From: a virus
Virus record (IMG/VR): IMGVR_UViG_3300030103_002937
Coordinates: 28,967 to 92,966 of that record
DNA: 64,000 bases
Direction: 5' to 3' (one strand)
The notes beneath the pieces were generated by a model. It was not told the origin of the DNA. It did no database searches and saw only the letters and a program-made list of their open reading frames with translations. Both the position numbers and the translations under genes were made by a program. Shown one piece after another: positions 1 to 9,045 of this stretch (positions within the stretch are counted from its first letter, which is position 1; each line of letters begins with the position of its first letter).

Positions 1-3000
1 TTGTCGTTGAATCTTGCAACAATAAAGTCGCATCATTAGCTTTTGCATGCAATACTTGGGAAGGCGAACTTGTGCCAATTCCAACATTTCCAGTCCCGTC
101 GTCAAATCGTATTCTTTCGGTTCCTGAATCCGTGAAAATCAAATCACCGTCAACATTCACACCAAGTCCCCATTGTTCAGCGCCCGACGCTTCTTGAATT
201 ACAATTGCGGTGTTGTTTGATTTTGTTTTTACCGCAATGTTACCGTCGGCAATGTTTCCGCTTGATTCACAATCACCAACTTCAAGTTTTGTGTTTGGCG
301 CAGTTGTTCCGATGCCTAAATTACCTGTATTTCTTAAAGTCATTTTAGTGGCACCATTATGATTACTTCCTATTCCCCAATAAATTGTTCCGTTTGAAGA
401 ACCGTTTGTGATATAAAATGACCCCCTATTTCCAATCATACCGTACCCGCTTATTCTTGTTTGGTTGGTGGGTGGGATTGGGTTGCCAGTATCAAGACCG
501 TCAACAACAACTGCATTGTTAAAACTTGCGGAACCGTTGACATCAAGTTTAGTTGAAGGCAAAGCCGCCCCGATGCCAACGTTACCATTCTGTCTAATTA
601 CAAATAAATTACCGGTCCCATTTAAATCAGAAGTTGTTCCAACTGCAAATTCTTCTCCGCCTCCTAGCCCGAAAAACATACTGCCTTGAGAATTTTTTAA
701 TTCTATTGCTAGGTCTGAAGTTAGTGAAGTCTCAAATTTGCCAACTGTATTGCTTGATGTGAATACATGCAGCTTTTCACCCGGCGAAGTCGTTCCGATT
801 CCTACATTGCCGTTGTCTTTATCAATTAAAAAATAAGTGTCGCCGCTATCTTCTGTAATTTCAAAATGTCCAGTTGAAGTTGACCTTCCTAATTCCCAAT
901 AAGTCGTTGTGCCAGTTGACAATCTTAATTGTTTATCGACGCCGCCCATTACTTCCAATTTAGCATTTGGTGAAGTCGTACCAATTCCAACATTACCTCC
1001 TCCATTAACTAAAAATAAAGCTGGGTCTGAACCTTTTCTTATAATAAAGTCAGGTTCATTTGTTCCAGAATCCATTCTGAAATCAAAACCGCCGAAGCCA
1101 TCAGAAGGTTCGTCTTGTATGCTTTCAAACCTAACATTTTGGTCAGTAACTTTAATCGACAATGCTTCTCCGGTTGTGCCTTGCCTTGTGACATAAAAAG
1201 GTGTTGTACCGGTATTTGTATTAAATATTGCTTCACCATTTACCTCTAATTTTGCGCTTGGCGAACTTGTTCCTATCCCGACGTTACCTCCGCTATGTTG
1301 TAGAGTTAAATTGCCACCAGTATTATGAAATACTTCAAAATTACTTCTTCTTGAAACAGTTGCAAATGTTGACCCTATATTTTGTATTGTCCCTTGAGGC
1401 GTGCCTCCTTCAGAGAATTTAATACCACTAAAACTTGTAGATGTTGGATGAGTAATTTCGATATAAGACGCATCACCTTTTACTGCAAATTTTTCTCCAG
1501 GACTTGTCGTGCCGATACCAACATTAGTGCCATTGTCGAATATTTGAGAATCAGTTAATGTATTTGCATCTGACCATTTAGAAACATAATTAGTAGTTCC
1601 GCTACCGTCTAATATACTGCCGTCTGTTTCAATTACATTGCCAGATGAATCAACCGCTAAGTTTTTAGTTGCGGTACCTGTAAATGTGCCGGAGCCATAG
1701 TTATTAAATTGTAGTTGGCCGGAAGTAGTAATCACCACTCTGTCGTTTCCGCCGTTTGTTTGAAATCTTAATTGACTGCCGGTACTTGACCTTATGTAAC
1801 TATTATTGTTGTCGTGAAATAATTGTAAATGTCTATTGTTTGTTGTGTCTTCAATTCTAATTGTTGGCGTTGTGACGTCTGCAATATGAAGTTTTGTAGC
1901 CGGGGAAGCGGTTCCAATCCCGACGTTGCCGCTTGTGTTTAAAGTCATGACAGTACTTGCGCCATTGACCTGAAGTTTTATGCCATTTCCTGATTGACCT
2001 CTGTATAATGCGTAACCACTATTCCAACTCAATTCGCCATGACCAGCTGACGACCCCCATTTCATTACGCCGTCACCAATTATTTTTAATCTACCATTTG
2101 CGTTTATAGCAACATCACTAGTAGAAGACGTGTTTACCTGAAGTTTAGAATCAGGCGAAGTCGTTCCGATACCAACGTTGCCGGAAGAATCGATTCGCAT
2201 TTTTTCACTTGCGCTTACATTAAAAGCTAAAGAATTTCCGTCATGCCTATAAATAATTTTTCCAACGTCTGAATCAATAGGGTCGCCAAATATAATTTCT
2301 CCAGTGCTTAAATTTCCACCTATTAATTCAATTTTACTTGAATCATAAGCGTTTGCAGTATTCGATTCAATTTTTAAAGTCGCCCCGCCTGAAGAATCAT
2401 AAATATGCAAATTTCTTGCCGGCGAAGTCGTTCCGATTCCGACATATCCATTGCTTTTTTGAATTGTCATTACATCGGTTGAAGTACCGTAAGAAAAGAA
2501 CCCCAATTTGTCGGTTCCCGCGCGGTATCTAATTTGCATGTCATTGGTGTCACTTGTTTGAAAATCAATTCCCGGGTGTTCACCTGAAATACCGTTTAAT
2601 CTTATAATACCTTGACCGCGCAATTCTAATTGACGACCCGGATTTGTCGTTCCGATACCAACGTTACCGCTTGAATTTATTCTTAACCGTTCCGAATAAT
2701 TAGTTGACAATATTAAGTTTCCACTAGTTGAACCAATTCTCACTTGGTCAGCAGTTGAAGCGGTATTTGAAAAACAAATAAAAGAATTTGCTCCTGAAGC
2801 GCTTTCAAAACTTGCAACCATGCTAGACGAGCTTTGCTTTACATGAAATAAGCGCGCTGGTGAAGTTGTTCCGATGCCGACGTTACCGTTTAAATCTAAA
2901 GCAAACGCATCAGCGTCGGTTGACGGTCCCATTAAAAAAGTGCCACTAGCGTTTTTGAACATTCTATGCGAAATAGCATTTGAACTTGTTAAAGCTATAC

Positions 3001-4507
3001 CGTCACTCAAAGTGTCACCGTCTTGTCGCACTATTAAAGTCCCCCCTGATGTAGCTACACCGGTTCCCCCGTTTACTTCCAATTTACCAGCCGGCGAAGT
3101 GGTACCGATTCCTACGTTGTTTGTGTCTTTTTGCAAAAACAACCCGGTTGTCCCGTCAGCCCTTAAATGTAATGAATTCCAACCGTTGCCAGAAACATCA
3201 TGCGCATCTATTCCAAATTCGTCAGCCCCTCGAATATAAAATCGAACACCAGTAGAGGTATTGCCAATTCTTACATTGTCATTGACCTGCAATTTAGCAT
3301 TTGGCGAAATTGTTCCGATGCCGACGTTTCCTGCGTTTGTTAATGTAAGTACATCACCCCCACTAAAAGTACTAAACCTAAAACCATTTCCGTTTTTGCC
3401 TTTAATATAATTCCAAGTGCCGTCAGCACCCATTGTCATTCTATCGCTTTCAGAAAGTTGAAGACCGAATGATTCTGTTCCGCCATTTATAGTAAGCTCT
3501 TGGTCAGGCGAATTCGTTCCTACACCTAGCCGTGTATTTGCTTCGTCTACAAATAATGTAGCTGATTCAATTGTATTACCTGTGGAACCTATAAGAACTT
3601 TTCCCGGCGTTACGTTTGGTAAATCATTTGTTTCTGACTTAACCGAAAATACTAAACTACCTGATGAGTTTACAAAGCCAACCTCCCCTAAATTTTGTAT
3701 AAGATTCCCTTGTATGGGTTTGGTAGTTGTAATTGCTGCACCAGTCGATCCGCTTGGTTTTACATATATAGGTTGCCCTGCGCTTGGGGTAACACTATCT
3801 ATAGATGATGTATTTAACCCTGTTAGATTTCCTACAACGATTGCATGACCAGTAGCATTATTAGCTAAATTTGTTTCTAGTATTCCAACCGCTGGCATTT
3901 TTGCAGCATTAGACGCGTCAGCTAATTGCACCTCTACTGGTTCAGCGGCCGTTGCTCCTGATATAAACACAGGGTCTCCTTTTGTAAGACTTGAGCCTTG
4001 TTTATTTGTAACTTGTATTTTTGTAATTCCAGCACTTCCAATATGCAGAGAACTTAAGTTTGCAAAAGTAAGCTCGCCATTTGCTCCTGAAAGCAGTAAT
4101 TGATTTGCTGCACCTAAGGTATTAGTTGTATCTTTTACAGGCCCGTTTAAATATAATGTACCTGTTTGCGTTATTAAGTCAGTGCTTGCGTCACCTAATG
4201 TAACATTCCCATTTAACGTGCTAACACCCGTAACCGTAAGACTTGTATCAAAAGTTGCAGCTGCATCTACATTTAATTGGCCTGCTACTGTTAATATTGT
4301 AGCTCCGGCGTTTTGCGAAACTATAGAATTAACAACGTTATCACCACCGGCCCCAAACATTGCAATGGTATTTTCTGTACCATTTATAAAGTCATTAAAT
4401 AGGTTATCGACTGTTATGTGTATATTTTGGTTACCGTCGTACCCAACTAAATACATGCCTGACGTGTGGTCGGTTCTTAGATTAAACTGTGAAAACTTTA
4501 TTGCCAT
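1..4507 (-). CDS. Giant fibre/spike protein, N-terminal part (>1500 aa, runs off the window start); many GNVGIGTTSPxxKL repeat modules
   Basis: ATG at 4507 (MAIKFSQFNLRTD...). The same frame still reads sensibly at position 1 (...SPSQVLHAKANDATLLLQDSTT). It is absent from the ORF track, consistent with no stop inside the window. Confidence 0.85.
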   Translation of the reverse strand, partial: MAIKFSQFNLRTDHTSGMYLVGYDGNQNIHITVDNLFNDFINGTENTIAMFGAGGDNVVNSIVSQNAGATILTVAGQLNVDAAATFDTSLTVTGVSTLNGNVTLGDASTDLITQTGTLYLNGPVKDTTNTLGAANQLLLSGANGELTFANLSSLHIGSAGITKIQVTNKQGSSLTKGDPVFISGATAAEPVEVQLADASNAAKMPAVGILETNLANNATGHAIVVGNLTGLNTSSIDSVTPSAGQPIYVKPSGSTGAAITTTKPIQGNLIQNLGEVGFVNSSGSLVFSVKSETNDLPNVTPGKVLIGSTGNTIESATLFVDEANTRLGVGTNSPDQELTINGGTESFGLQLSESDRMTMGADGTWNYIKGKNGNGFRFSTFSGGDVLTLTNAGNVGIGTISPNAKLQVNDNVRIGNTSTGVRFYIRGADEFGIDAHDVSGNGWNSLHLRADGTTGLFLQKDTNNVGIGTTSPAGKLEVNGGTGVATSGGTLIVRQDGDTLSDGIALTSSNAISHRMFKNASGTFLMGPSTDADAFALDLNGNVGIGTTSPARLFHVKQSSSSMVASFESASGANSFICFSNTASTADQVRIGSTSGNLILSTNYSERLRINSSGNVGIGTTNPGRQLELRGQGIIRLNGISGEHPGIDFQTSDTNDMQIRYRAGTDKLGFFSYGTSTDVMTIQKSNGYVGIGTTSPARNLHIYDSSGGATLKIESNTANAYDSSKIELIGGNLSTGEIIFGDPIDSDVGKIIYRHDGNSLAFNVSASEKMRIDSSGNVGIGTTSPDSKLQVNTSSTSDVAINANGRLKIIGDGVMKWGSSAGHGELSWNSGYALYRGQSGNGIKLQVNGASTVMTLNTSGNVGIGTASPATKLHIADVTTPTIRIEDTTNNRHLQLFHDNNNSYIRSSTGSQLRFQTNGGNDRVVITTSGQLQFNNYGSGTFTGTATKNLAVDSSGNVIETDGSILDGSGTTNYVSKWSDANTLTDSQIFDNGTNVGIGTTSPGEKFAVKGDASYIEITHPTSTSFSGIKFSEGGTPQGTIQNIGSTFATVSRRSNFEVFHNTGGNLTLQHSGGNVGIGTSSPSAKLEVNGEAIFNTNTGTTPFYVTRQGTTGEALSIKVTDQNVRFESIQDEPSDGFGGFDFRMDSGTNEPDFIIRKGSDPALFLVNGGGNVGIGTTSPNAKLEVMGGVDKQLRLSTGTTTYWELGRSTSTGHFEITEDSGDTYFLIDKDNGNVGIGTTSPGEKLHVFTSSNTVGKFETSLTSDLAIELKNSQGSMFFGLGGGEEFAVGTTSDLNGTGNLFVIRQNGNVGIGAALPSTKLDVNGSASFNNAVVVDGLDTGNPIPPTNQTRISGYGMIGNRGSFYITNGSSNGTIYWGIGSNHNGATKMTLRNTGNLGIGTTAPNTKLEVGDCESSGNIADGNIAVKTKSNNTAIVIQEASGAEQWGLGVNVDGDLIFTDSGTERIRFDDGTGNVGIGTSSPSQVLHAKANDATLLLQDSTT

Positions 4508-4719
4508 TATTGTCTATTTGTATAATGTGAAGCGTCATTGTAGCCTTCTGTTATCATTGTAGGATAGCGGTCACCAGGAGGCCAAGAACCTTCTTCTGCT
4601 ATAATTTCAATTGGCGGGTCAGCTGTGCCAATCTCAGTAATCATTTCAAGTGAGTTTAAGCTGCCGTGATCATAAAGGTCTTGATCAATAATAATACCTA
4701 ATTGATTGCGAATAGCCAT
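4507..4719 (-). CDS. Small hypothetical virion protein
   Basis: 70-aa ORF tightly coupled to its neighbours in the late operon. Confidence 0.6.
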   Translation of the reverse strand: MAIRNQLGIIIDQDLYDHGSLNSLEMITEIGTADPPIEIIAEEGSWPPGDRYPTMITEGYNDASHYTNRQ

Positions 4720-4720
4720 A

Positions 4721-4975
4721 TTATCTTGAATATGCGTTTATAGGCATTGATACTAAATTTGTAGCGGTGGTACCTGTTGCATAAACACGCTTAACCTGGA
4801 CTGGAACAAATTGCCCGTTGTTCATATTGTAAAATATAACGTCATTGCCTTGACGCGTTTTAACTTTTACGTGCCCTCCGACGCCTACATACAACACGCT
4901 TATTATATCTAAATCTGCCGTATCACTAGGCGTGACTGCCGCTGCATCAATTGCTTGTATCAGTGCTTGACTCAT
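4721..4975 (-). CDS. Head spike base protein (RcGTA Rcc01079-like)
   Basis: AAAVTPSDTADL...LYVGVGG.VKV...PVQVKRVYATGTTATNLV matches the family pattern. Confidence 0.7.
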   Translation of the reverse strand: MSQALIQAIDAAAVTPSDTADLDIISVLYVGVGGHVKVKTRQGNDVIFYNMNNGQFVPVQVKRVYATGTTATNLVSMPINAYSR

Positions 4976-5810
4976 CTTTTTCTTTTATTTGTAATTCTAA
5001 CGTTTTAACTCTTGAAATTAAATCGTCAATTATATTTTGTTTGTCTTCTATTTTAACGACTCTGCCTAGCTGATCAACAGTTACACTGGCAAATTCATAT
5101 GTACCTGCTTTTAAAAACGGTATTTTTCCTGGACGAATAGTTACTTCGCTTCCGTCTTCCGACATACTAGTCAATATAGCTGTTTCGTCTAGTGATATAA
5201 TTTTATTGACCGTTCCGCCGACTTTTCCGAGATACTCAACTGTTAAGTCGGATCCAACCATTTTGGTTGTAATACCGTTGCCACCTTTAATATTTATCGT
5301 GCCTTTAGAGGTAATTACGGATGATGCTCCTAAATCGTCTGCGATAGCCACACTAGTAACCGTGCCTTTGTTATTGGTATACGGAAGCCTTTCAATACCT
5401 AGCTTGTTTACTTTAGTATTTAGCTTATCATGCACCAAAAATTCTACGTTATCCAATAATCCTTTATACTTACCCGCTCCTTCGACTATATTACCCACGC
5501 CTTCGTACTGAAGACCAACTGTAGTTTTTCTGTCTTTAGTAATGCCGTTTATACCGGCGCTACCTGAAACGCTAAGTATTGCATTTTCAATACTAGGCCC
5601 ATCTATAGATAATTTATTTTTTTCCCAGCTAAGCGTATACCCGTTGTTGGTGTTGTCAACAGCAAAATTATCTAGCGTATTGATCGCGCTTTCAGTAAAA
5701 GCAACGACACTAGACATAGTTATTTTTTTGGTTGTTCCTGTTTGAGTAGCACCAATAAAATAATCTCCTGATCCAACAGAACCGGAGGGATAACTATTTA
5801 GTTTTGCCAT
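4947..5810 (-). CDS. Fibre-associated structural protein
   Basis: GTVTSV, GGNGITT and VTVDQLGRV fibre-type motifs; C-terminal coiled coil. Confidence 0.6.
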   Translation of the reverse strand: MAKLNSYPSGSVGSGDYFIGATQTGTTKKITMSSVVAFTESAINTLDNFAVDNTNNGYTLSWEKNKLSIDGPSIENAILSVSGSAGINGITKDRKTTVGLQYEGVGNIVEGAGKYKGLLDNVEFLVHDKLNTKVNKLGIERLPYTNNKGTVTSVAIADDLGASSVITSKGTINIKGGNGITTKMVGSDLTVEYLGKVGGTVNKIISLDETAILTSMSEDGSEVTIRPGKIPFLKAGTYEFASVTVDQLGRVVKIEDKQNIIDDLISRVKTLELQIKEKDESSTDTSN

Positions 5811-6053
5811 TTATTCGTTTTTTGTACCGTTTTTACGAGGGTTCATACCCCCTCTATTCCTATGCGCTGTTACAAAAGTCCCCGTATAGTGATCATAGTC
5901 CTTGCCTTTTAAGCTTTTGCCGGCTTTTTTAGCTGCACGGCGCTTTTTTTGGCTATCTGCTCGCTTTTCTTTGCGGTCATCACTGTTAGCATACCTTAAA
6001 TCACGCTCTTTTTTAGCTTTTGCGGCTGCTGGAGATAACTTTTGCTTACCCAT
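5811..6053 (-). CDS. Small basic protein with degenerate HNH-like C-terminus
   Basis: Lys/Arg-rich; GKDYDH...AHRNRG. Confidence 0.55.
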   Translation of the reverse strand: MGKQKLSPAAAKAKKERDLRYANSDDRKEKRADSQKKRRAAKKAGKSLKGKDYDHYTGTFVTAHRNRGGMNPRKNGTKNE

Positions 6054-6116
6054 TTAATTCTTTTTACGTATATAATAGTAATTTACACACTTTTTACCGT
6101 TTTTACAAACATCGAG

Positions 6117-6162
6117 GTGACAATTGCTACCTATTATATATACCTTAATAGGCTACCGTCAC
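6117..6162. promoter_or_regulatory. Spaced inverted repeat, copy 1 (GTGACAATTGC-N24-GCTACCGTCAC)
   Basis: Similar to the copies at 7282 and 13239. Confidence 0.6.
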
Positions 6163-6296
6163 ATATTTTGTATACCTAGATAATTTAGGAGGTGCTTTTG
6201 TAAGAAAAGTATCAGATATTTAGGGTTTTGGTGTTATATACTATTTTTTAACTACATACAACAATACGGAAACCATTTTATTTACGCCACCTCCCC

Positions 6297-6372
6297 TGCT
6301 TTTTTCTGAATATTCCGGGATTTTTTGGCTTTTCCCAGGGTTTTCCTGCAGATTTCGGGAACTTTCTGGGAT
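6297..6372. repeat. Degenerate 10-11 bp periodic T-tract repeats (TTTTCYNGGR-like)
   Basis: ttttctgaat attccgggat tttttggct tttcccaggg ttttcctgca gatttcggga actttctggg, at the divergence point of the two arms. Confidence 0.55.
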
Positions 6373-6415
6373 AGCTGCTAGCGCAGCGTGTATAGCAAAG
6401 AGCCGCTCGCCGTTT

Positions 6416-6449
6416 CGCAGACTAACCACGATCCTGCACCGATAATATA
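6416..6449 (+). promoter_or_regulatory. Early promoter-like motif, copy 1 (consensus TACARACTAAMCACG-N10-GATAATATA)
   Basis: Eight copies with an invariant 10-nt spacer upstream of early genes. Confidence 0.75.
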
Positions 6450-6470
6450 TTTGAATCTAAATTATACGAT

Positions 6471-6623
6471 ATGAGAGTACGAATTGACACGAAGAATTGG
6501 ATGGGCAACTATAGCAGCCGGGTCCAAACATTCAACGGGGAATCCCATCTGAACAACTACATCCGGTTCATGGGCCACCATGAGATCTATTCCAAGATCA
6601 TTGGGGTTGAGGTTCTGGATTAA
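6471..6623 (+). CDS. Small early protein (50 aa)
   Basis: MRVRIDTKNWMG..., directly after motif copy 1; below the ORF-track cutoff. Confidence 0.6.
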   Translation: MRVRIDTKNWMGNYSSRVQTFNGESHLNNYIRFMGHHEIYSKIIGVEVLD

Positions 6624-6664
6624 CCAGGGCACCGCCTGCGGTGTATAGCAACGCGTATAGCATT

Positions 6665-6698
6665 TACAGACTAACCACGATACTACTTCGATAATATA
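6665..6698 (+). promoter_or_regulatory. Early promoter-like motif, copy 2
   Basis: TACAGACTAACCACG-N10-GATAATATA. Confidence 0.8.
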
Positions 6699-6723
6699 TA
6701 TGTAATGAATTAAAATGTAAATT

Positions 6724-6864
6724 ATGAGTATAAACGATAAACTAAAACAACTGTACCAAAGATACGACTTTCTAATTGACTGTGACAGATGGGTACAAGC
6801 TAAGACAGTTCAAAAAGAAATAAGAGAATTAGAACTATTACGTGAAGAAAGTTATACAAACTAA
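6724..6864 (+). CDS. Small early protein (46 aa)
   Basis: MSINDKLKQL...; its stop codon lies inside motif copy 3. Confidence 0.55.
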   Translation: MSINDKLKQLYQRYDFLIDCDRWVQAKTVQKEIRELELLREESYTN

Positions 6865-6888
6865 ACACGAAGTAAAGTAGATAATATA
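6855..6888 (+). promoter_or_regulatory. Early promoter-like motif, copy 3
   Basis: TACAAACTAAACACG-N10-GATAATATA. Confidence 0.8.
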
Positions 6889-6915
6889 AATGTAAACAAT
6901 TAAAATTAAATAATT

Positions 6916-7167
6916 ATGAGTAAAGTAAATAACACACTAGTAAGTAAAAGATTTATCATTCGCAAATCTTTAATCGGTAAAAATGTCAATGTCTCATTCA
7001 CAGACTATGACGGTAAAACACACAAGTACTCACATGACAAAGTATACGAGTTATGTAAAGAAAGATTCGACAACATGAAATGTTTCCAAAAGTACAAGTA
7101 TTACTCTCAAACATTCGCACTACCGAAGTTTGTACGCGAGTTAGGTGATGAGGTTCTAGTCAAATAG
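6916..7167 (+). CDS. Hypothetical early protein
   Basis: 83-aa ORF after a promoter motif, A-rich start. Confidence 0.75.
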   Translation: MSKVNNTLVSKRFIIRKSLIGKNVNVSFTDYDGKTHKYSHDKVYELCKERFDNMKCFQKYKYYSQTFALPKFVRELGDEVLVK

Positions 7168-7281
7168 AACTTCACCCCTAGCGGGGGCTTCACCGCCCTC
7201 GTGTATAGCATATGTATAGCAAAAGTGAGGTGGAGTGATGAAGTGTAAAGTCAGGTAAACAAATGATCGGTAGCGAAAAGT

Positions 7282-7326
7282 GCGACACTAGCCTGTTATT
7301 AAAGATACTTAACTAGCTAATGTCAC
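7282..7326. promoter_or_regulatory. Spaced inverted repeat, copy 2 (GCGACACTAGC-N23-GCTAATGTCAC)
   Basis: Intergenic; right arm identical to that of copy 3. Confidence 0.65.
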
Positions 7327-7420
7327 ATTTTATTGCTTCACCATTCTATTAGATGACTAGAGAGGTGTTGTTATATATGTAACATACTTTTATATTCCAT
7401 ACTAACTATATATTTTTTTT

Positions 7421-7454
7421 TACAGTTTGAACACGAATCGGTGACGATAATATA
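7421..7454 (+). promoter_or_regulatory. Early promoter-like motif, copy 4
   Basis: TACAGTTTGAACACG-N10-GATAATATA. Confidence 0.75.
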
Positions 7455-7478
7455 TATGAAACTTTAAAACACATTACT

Positions 7479-7682
7479 ATGGCTTATGAACTAATCCTTA
7501 CCGATGTTCAAATGAAAAATTTAATCGGTAATCTAGAAATGCAAATGCACCAGAACGGTACAGATTTTACAGACACTACCGACCCACTGGCAAGTATTTT
7601 CTGCGCCGCAATGTTCGGAAACGAGTATATGAACAGTGACGAGAAAGGCGAACTCGAAGAGTATTACGAAACACATTACTAA
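7479..7682 (+). CDS. Hypothetical acidic early protein
   Basis: ORF track; follows a promoter motif. Confidence 0.7.
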   Translation: MAYELILTDVQMKNLIGNLEMQMHQNGTDFTDTTDPLASIFCAAMFGNEYMNSDEKGELEEYYETHY

Positions 7683-7692
7683 AATAATAATT

Positions 7693-7827
7693 ATGAGAAG
7701 TATAAACCTTACTGAAAACGATTGTACTTTCGTACACTATGTATTACGTCAATATGCTAAGACTACACCGAGCTTAGACAGTGAAGACAGAGAAGCAATA
7801 TATGCGGTAGCAAATAAATTCAAGTAA
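7693..7827 (+). CDS. Hypothetical early protein (likely start MRSINLTEND)
   Basis: ATG preceded by an A-rich leader inside track ORF 7636..7827. Confidence 0.6.
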   Translation: MRSINLTENDCTFVHYVLRQYAKTTPSLDSEDREAIYAVANKFK

Positions 7828-7831
7828 AGTT

Positions 7832-7969
7832 ATGGATATAGATATAGACAAGTATATAGACTGGTACAGTATTACTGACGACTATGAGTTGGCCAGTGGC
7901 GACATTTCACCTGAAGATTACTTTAAACTTCAAGAAATATTAGAACGGTATATTAAAACAAATAAATAA
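7832..7969 (+). CDS. Small early protein (45 aa)
   Basis: MDIDIDKYIDWY...; fills the gap between neighbours. Confidence 0.55.
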   Translation: MDIDIDKYIDWYSITDDYELASGDISPEDYFKLQEILERYIKTNK

Positions 7970-7971
7970 TT

Positions 7972-8169
7972 ATGAACAGTATAAAATTTTTAAAGGAGAA
8001 TAAAATACGATTGAACGGTGTGGTTTATAAACCTTACCTGATCGGTAACCTACCACCGAGCTTTGCATTCAAAGAGGAGTGGAAGACAGAAACTGACGGT
8101 ACAGAATATGTAGTCGAAGGTATTAACGAGTGGTTTAACTTTAAAGGATTTACCTATGTCAGTGAGTAA
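7972..8169 (+). CDS. Hypothetical early protein
   Basis: ORF track; operon packing. Confidence 0.7.
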   Translation: MNSIKFLKENKIRLNGVVYKPYLIGNLPPSFAFKEEWKTETDGTEYVVEGINEWFNFKGFTYVSE

Positions 8170-8365
8170 TATGAGAGAGCTACTAGCCTACAGTGCGGCG
8201 AAAAAAACCGAACGTGCTGAAGAGTGGAATGCGGAACGGTTAGCACACGGATATTGCAGAGGTCTGAATCACCGCGAATATATGCGGTATAGAGTAAACG
8301 GTAAGTCGGTATTCCGCAAAGGTAAAGACTTCTCACACCGCGAAAGGTGGAAATATACAAACTAA
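8156..8365 (+). CDS. Hypothetical basic early protein (start possibly 8171)
   Basis: ORF track; stop lies inside motif copy 5. Confidence 0.65.
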   Translation: MSVSNMRELLAYSAAKKTERAEEWNAERLAHGYCRGLNHREYMRYRVNGKSVFRKGKDFSHRERWKYTN

Positions 8366-8389
8366 ATACGAACACCTAACGATAATATA
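8356..8389 (+). promoter_or_regulatory. Early promoter-like motif, copy 5
   Basis: TACAAACTAAATACG-N10-GATAATATA. Confidence 0.8.
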
Positions 8390-8408
8390 AATATAAAATA
8401 CAAAAGTT

Positions 8409-8609
8409 ATGCCAAATATGAGTTATTGCAGGTACGAAAATACCTCGCTAGATATGCAAGATGTAGTAGATACATTATACGACAGTGATGTCACCGAAGA
8501 CTTAAGTACACACGAGACACGTGGCTTAAGAACCATACTCGAACTAGCTAAAGATATTGTAGATATGGAAGATAAGATAAATAACATACTTGAAAATCAA
8601 GAGCAATGA
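8409..8609 (+). CDS. Small phage protein (MxNMSYCRxENT type)
   Basis: N-terminus MPNMSYCRYENT. Confidence 0.7.
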   Translation: MPNMSYCRYENTSLDMQDVVDTLYDSDVTEDLSTHETRGLRTILELAKDIVDMEDKINNILENQEQ

Positions 8610-8842
8610 GCAGTATTAATACAACCCCACTTACAGTGCGCGACGTATCACTAACGGTAAGTTACTATCACCATGCCGGTGAACCAGCAGTTATGTATTA
8701 CAAAGACGGGTCAGGCCACCCAGGTGAACCACCTTCAATTGAAGTGCAAGCGGTATACGCAGGTGAGATAGATATTTATGAACTGTTAGACGCAGATATG
8801 TTAGATTATATAGAGGGTAAATTAATAGAAATACACTACTAA
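8606..8842 (+). CDS. Hypothetical early protein
   Basis: ATGA overlap with the previous gene. Confidence 0.7.
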   Translation: MSSINTTPLTVRDVSLTVSYYHHAGEPAVMYYKDGSGHPGEPPSIEVQAVYAGEIDIYELLDADMLDYIEGKLIEIHY

Positions 8843-9018
8843 TGAAACAACATTATATAACAGTATTAGATTTTACCGATGGCAGAATATATCAGTATGA
8901 TGCTTGGGAAGGAGCTCTTTCACACGACGACTATGAAGCATTACTAGATTTAAAAGGGCATAAGCTAAACAGTATTGAATGGATGGTTCATGAGAACAGT
9001 GAAATAATTACAAGCTAA
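8842..9018 (+). CDS. Small early protein (58 aa)
   Basis: TAATG coupling; MKQHYITVLDF...; stop lies inside motif copy 6. Confidence 0.65.
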   Translation: MKQHYITVLDFTDGRIYQYDAWEGALSHDDYEALLDLKGHKLNSIEWMVHENSEIITS

Positions 9019-9042
9019 ACACGAACCACATACGATAATATA
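9009..9042 (+). promoter_or_regulatory. Early promoter-like motif, copy 6
   Basis: TACAAGCTAAACACG-N10-GATAATATA; ATG follows 3 nt later. Confidence 0.8.
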
Positions 9043-9045
9043 AGT

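Larger units (their letters stand above)
6374..7221 (+). repeat. Three GC-hairpin + GTGTATAGCA units (6374-6397, 6625-6662, 7182-7221)
   Basis: GTATAGCA at 6390, 6643, 6655, 7203 and 7214; each group is preceded by a short GC stem-loop. Confidence 0.65.

Noticed and set aside
465-5745. Plus-strand ORFs in the track (e.g. 465..689, 2874..3239, 4182..4562, 5206..5511) and similar antisense ORFs across the late arm
   Set aside because: They are shadows of real minus-strand genes; the recurring VVPIPTLP is the antisense of GNVGIGTT.
6241-6429. 62-aa minus-strand ORF over the periodic repeat
   Set aside because: GTG start lies within a promoter motif and the translation simply reflects the DNA repeat; likely non-coding.
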